Positions 61,601 through 64,000 of a stretch of 64,000 nt of DNA are shown piece by piece; the first letter of the stretch is position 1; each line of letters starts with the position of its first letter. Under the pieces are notes generated by a model, which saw nothing but the letters and a program-made list of their open reading frames with translations, did no database searches and was not told where the DNA came from. This DNA comes from Narcine bancroftii (lineage: Eukaryota): assembly GCF_036971445.1 (NCBI RefSeq), contig NC_091474.1:176886001-176950000 (forward strand), in the 5' to 3' direction. Made by a program: the position numbers and the translations under genes.

Positions 61601-62819
61601 AATACATTTTTGCTTTCACTGTGGCAAATGTGGATGATTAGTTTTCTTTATTTGTGTGAGGTCAATATCTTATTATTGTGGAAGGATCATCTGCAGATAT
61701 TGCATTAGTTAGCTGAGGCCCATTACAACTTCCTTATGTGCACTAGGACATGTTCACAATTCACAGTTCACAAAAGCTCAGCAGGTCATGCAGCTCCCAT
61801 AAGAGTCTTTTATAGAGAAAAAAGAATGTGACTGCAAAGGCAAATATTTTACGCCATCACGTCACTAAACTTACCTCCATAAATCCTCCGCACGTGGCTC
61901 TAAGATGCCGAATCCAATCCTTCCTCAGGCTGGTTGCCGTCAGCATGCAACCCAGTCATTGTAGCAGTAACCTTGCATAAGTGCTGGAGGTCGGAGTCCC
62001 TAGGCATGCTAGATGGGCAGCGCAGGGCAGAAGAAGGATCAATGGCCGTCTTCATTATCCATAATCCCCCACACAGTTGGAACTGCTTGGTGTTACCCAG
62101 AGTGGTTCCAGCTGTGTAGGGGGTAATGAAGACAGCCATTGCTTTCCACGTATGTATGCCATCATGTTGATGGGCGGCGCTACTGCACCAGTTGCCCCGC
62201 CTTCATCGGCTCTGGGGATGCAATGAGGCACCGCTCTTCATAAAAGCAACGGTGCAGCAGCCTTTTAGGCCTTCTTTGTAAAAAGGAAAGTGTACATTTT
62301 TCTCCGCTGATGGAGCCAGCCTTAAAGCAGTGCCCCTCCATAAAAACACCTATAGAATGCAAAAAGACAATTGGCAATTTACTTCCTATGGATGCTGGAT
62401 GACCTGCTGAGTTTCTCCAACACTTTTTTATACTGTACCAGACCCATGCATCTGCAGATTTCTTGTTTATCACCTGTGCTTGGAATTTATCGGTTTTTCC
62501 CCCTTTAATTTTATGTAGTCCACTACCTTTTTATCTTTCAGTAACTAAGCAATCATGTTAAAATCAGTATTATATGATTCCATGATCTTCAAAACTGGTC
62601 CACTCTTCCAAACACATTGGCTCGGTTTATGTGGAGAGTGCAACAATTTGAAATTGCTTGGAATGTTGCCTTATTCCTTTAATTGGGAAGGAGTGTTTCA
62701 TGGGCTGAAGGGAAGTGTAAATTAACTAGTAATTGTTTGAATGAATATAAATATTTAACAATATTTATGTTTCAGGAATTTTTTGAAAAAAAAGTTCAAC
62801 AGTTTTGAATGATTTACTT

Positions 62820-63068
62820 TTCTTTATTTAGACATACAGTATGATAACAGGTGCTCCAGCCCATGAACCCACACTGCCTAAATACCTCAATTAACCTACA
62901 ACCCCCGTACATTTATTTTAAAAGGTTGGAGGAAACTGGAGCACCTTGATGAAACCTATGCAAACACAGGAAGAATGTACAAACTCCTTACAGGGAGCGC
63001 CGGATTTGAACCTGGGTTACTGGTGCTGTAATAGTGTCACTCTGATCTTTACAGTATCCATGCCACCA
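62820..63068 (-). mobile_element. V-SINE/HE1-like SINE
   Basis: ggaggaaactggagcacc..aaacctatgcaaacacaggaagaatgtacaaactcc core; ccggatttgaacc B-box-like motif. Confidence 0.75.
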
Positions 63069-63734
63069 TATCAGAGACTTTCAAAGAATATGAAAACTCT
63101 AACAGGTCAGTACCCTTTTTACACTGATATATCAAGCCAGATATAATCTGCATTTAATACACCTCACGTTCCTGTATAAACATAACAAAGGCAGATTGGG
63201 AAGGGTCATTTCAGACCCATCTTTTATCTGCCAAGAAAGGTAGTATCAGAGGCGAAGTGGTGCAAGTGTTAAATGGCGAGCTGTGTGGCCGGATCCAAAT
63301 GAGAAAGGAATATGACGTTCTGCCTCTTTCACTCCAGGAAGCCAGCTGCTGTGTAAAAGGACTCACTGACCTGGCATTTCTTCTGTTCTGTGTGAATTTT
63401 CAGAGACGGGTCGTGTATATGGCAATAATATGGGTTTTTAATGCAAAAAGAGTACCAGATAACCTTGAAGAAATCATTCGGCTGTATTATAATCATCTGT
63501 TTTTCTGGTTGTGCACTCCACCAACACACCCCTACACCCTGCATTGATTCCCCCACTTCCTAACCCAATGTAATCCCGTTAAAATGTTGAAAGCTGTTGC
63601 AATGTGCAAGGCCTTGCCACAAGGGATCACCTCCATTATAATAAAGTTTGTATTCATCAATGGCTCCTTCGGGTGATATTCTATTGACTCTATTTCTGTC
63701 TTTATCTGTCATTGTTCTGACATTTTATTTCCGT

Positions 63735-64000
63735 TAAGAGGAGGAAAGATTAAAACAAGAGGACATGAGTTAAGAGTTAAGGGGCAGAGGTTTAGAGGTA
63801 ACATGAGGGGGAACTTCTTTACTCAGAGAGTGGTAACCGTGTGGAATGATCTTCCGGGAGAAATAGTGGCGGCGGAGTCAATTGTATTATTTAAGAAAAG
63901 GTTGGACAGGTATATGGATGAGAAGAAGATGGAGGGTTATGGGCATTGTGCAGGGAGGTGGGACTAGAAAGGGGTGTTTGGTTCGGTGCGGACTAGAAGG
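63735..64000 (+). mobile_element. CR1 3' end, running off the window
   Basis: gtttagaggtaacatgagggggaacttctttactcagagagtggt matches the CR1 3' ends at 25560 and 60020. Confidence 0.85.

Overview
This is vertebrate nuclear DNA: AT-rich, CpG-depleted and very rich in transposable elements. The repeat content (CR1/HER1-like LINEs, V-SINE/HE1-like SINEs, Rex1/Babar, Penelope termini) points to a cartilaginous fish such as a ray or shark, which is an inference. I found no intact host gene, and there is a 524-N assembly gap at 31214-31737. The main result is a ~1.7 kb non-autonomous hAT element (6103-7803) with TIRs and an 8-bp TSD that splits a Rex1 LINE. It carries the promoter region and 5' coding part of a CYP8B1-like P450, i.e. 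a candidate Pack-TIR gene capture, and a short relative of the same element without cargo lies at 12032-12356. The second result is a ~9.7 kb three-level TE nest (50530-60272). In it a CR1 hosts two L1s, one with the geometry of a twin-primed 5' inversion, and the L1s in turn host two young RTE copies and a fully palindromic Tigger-like MITE. The window also has a full-length decayed CsRn1-type Gypsy element (tRNA-Trp PBS, CHCC gag) interrupted by a solo LTR, plus a truncated Tc1 element and several MITEs. All family calls are by eye from motifs; boundaries without a stated TSD are approximate.
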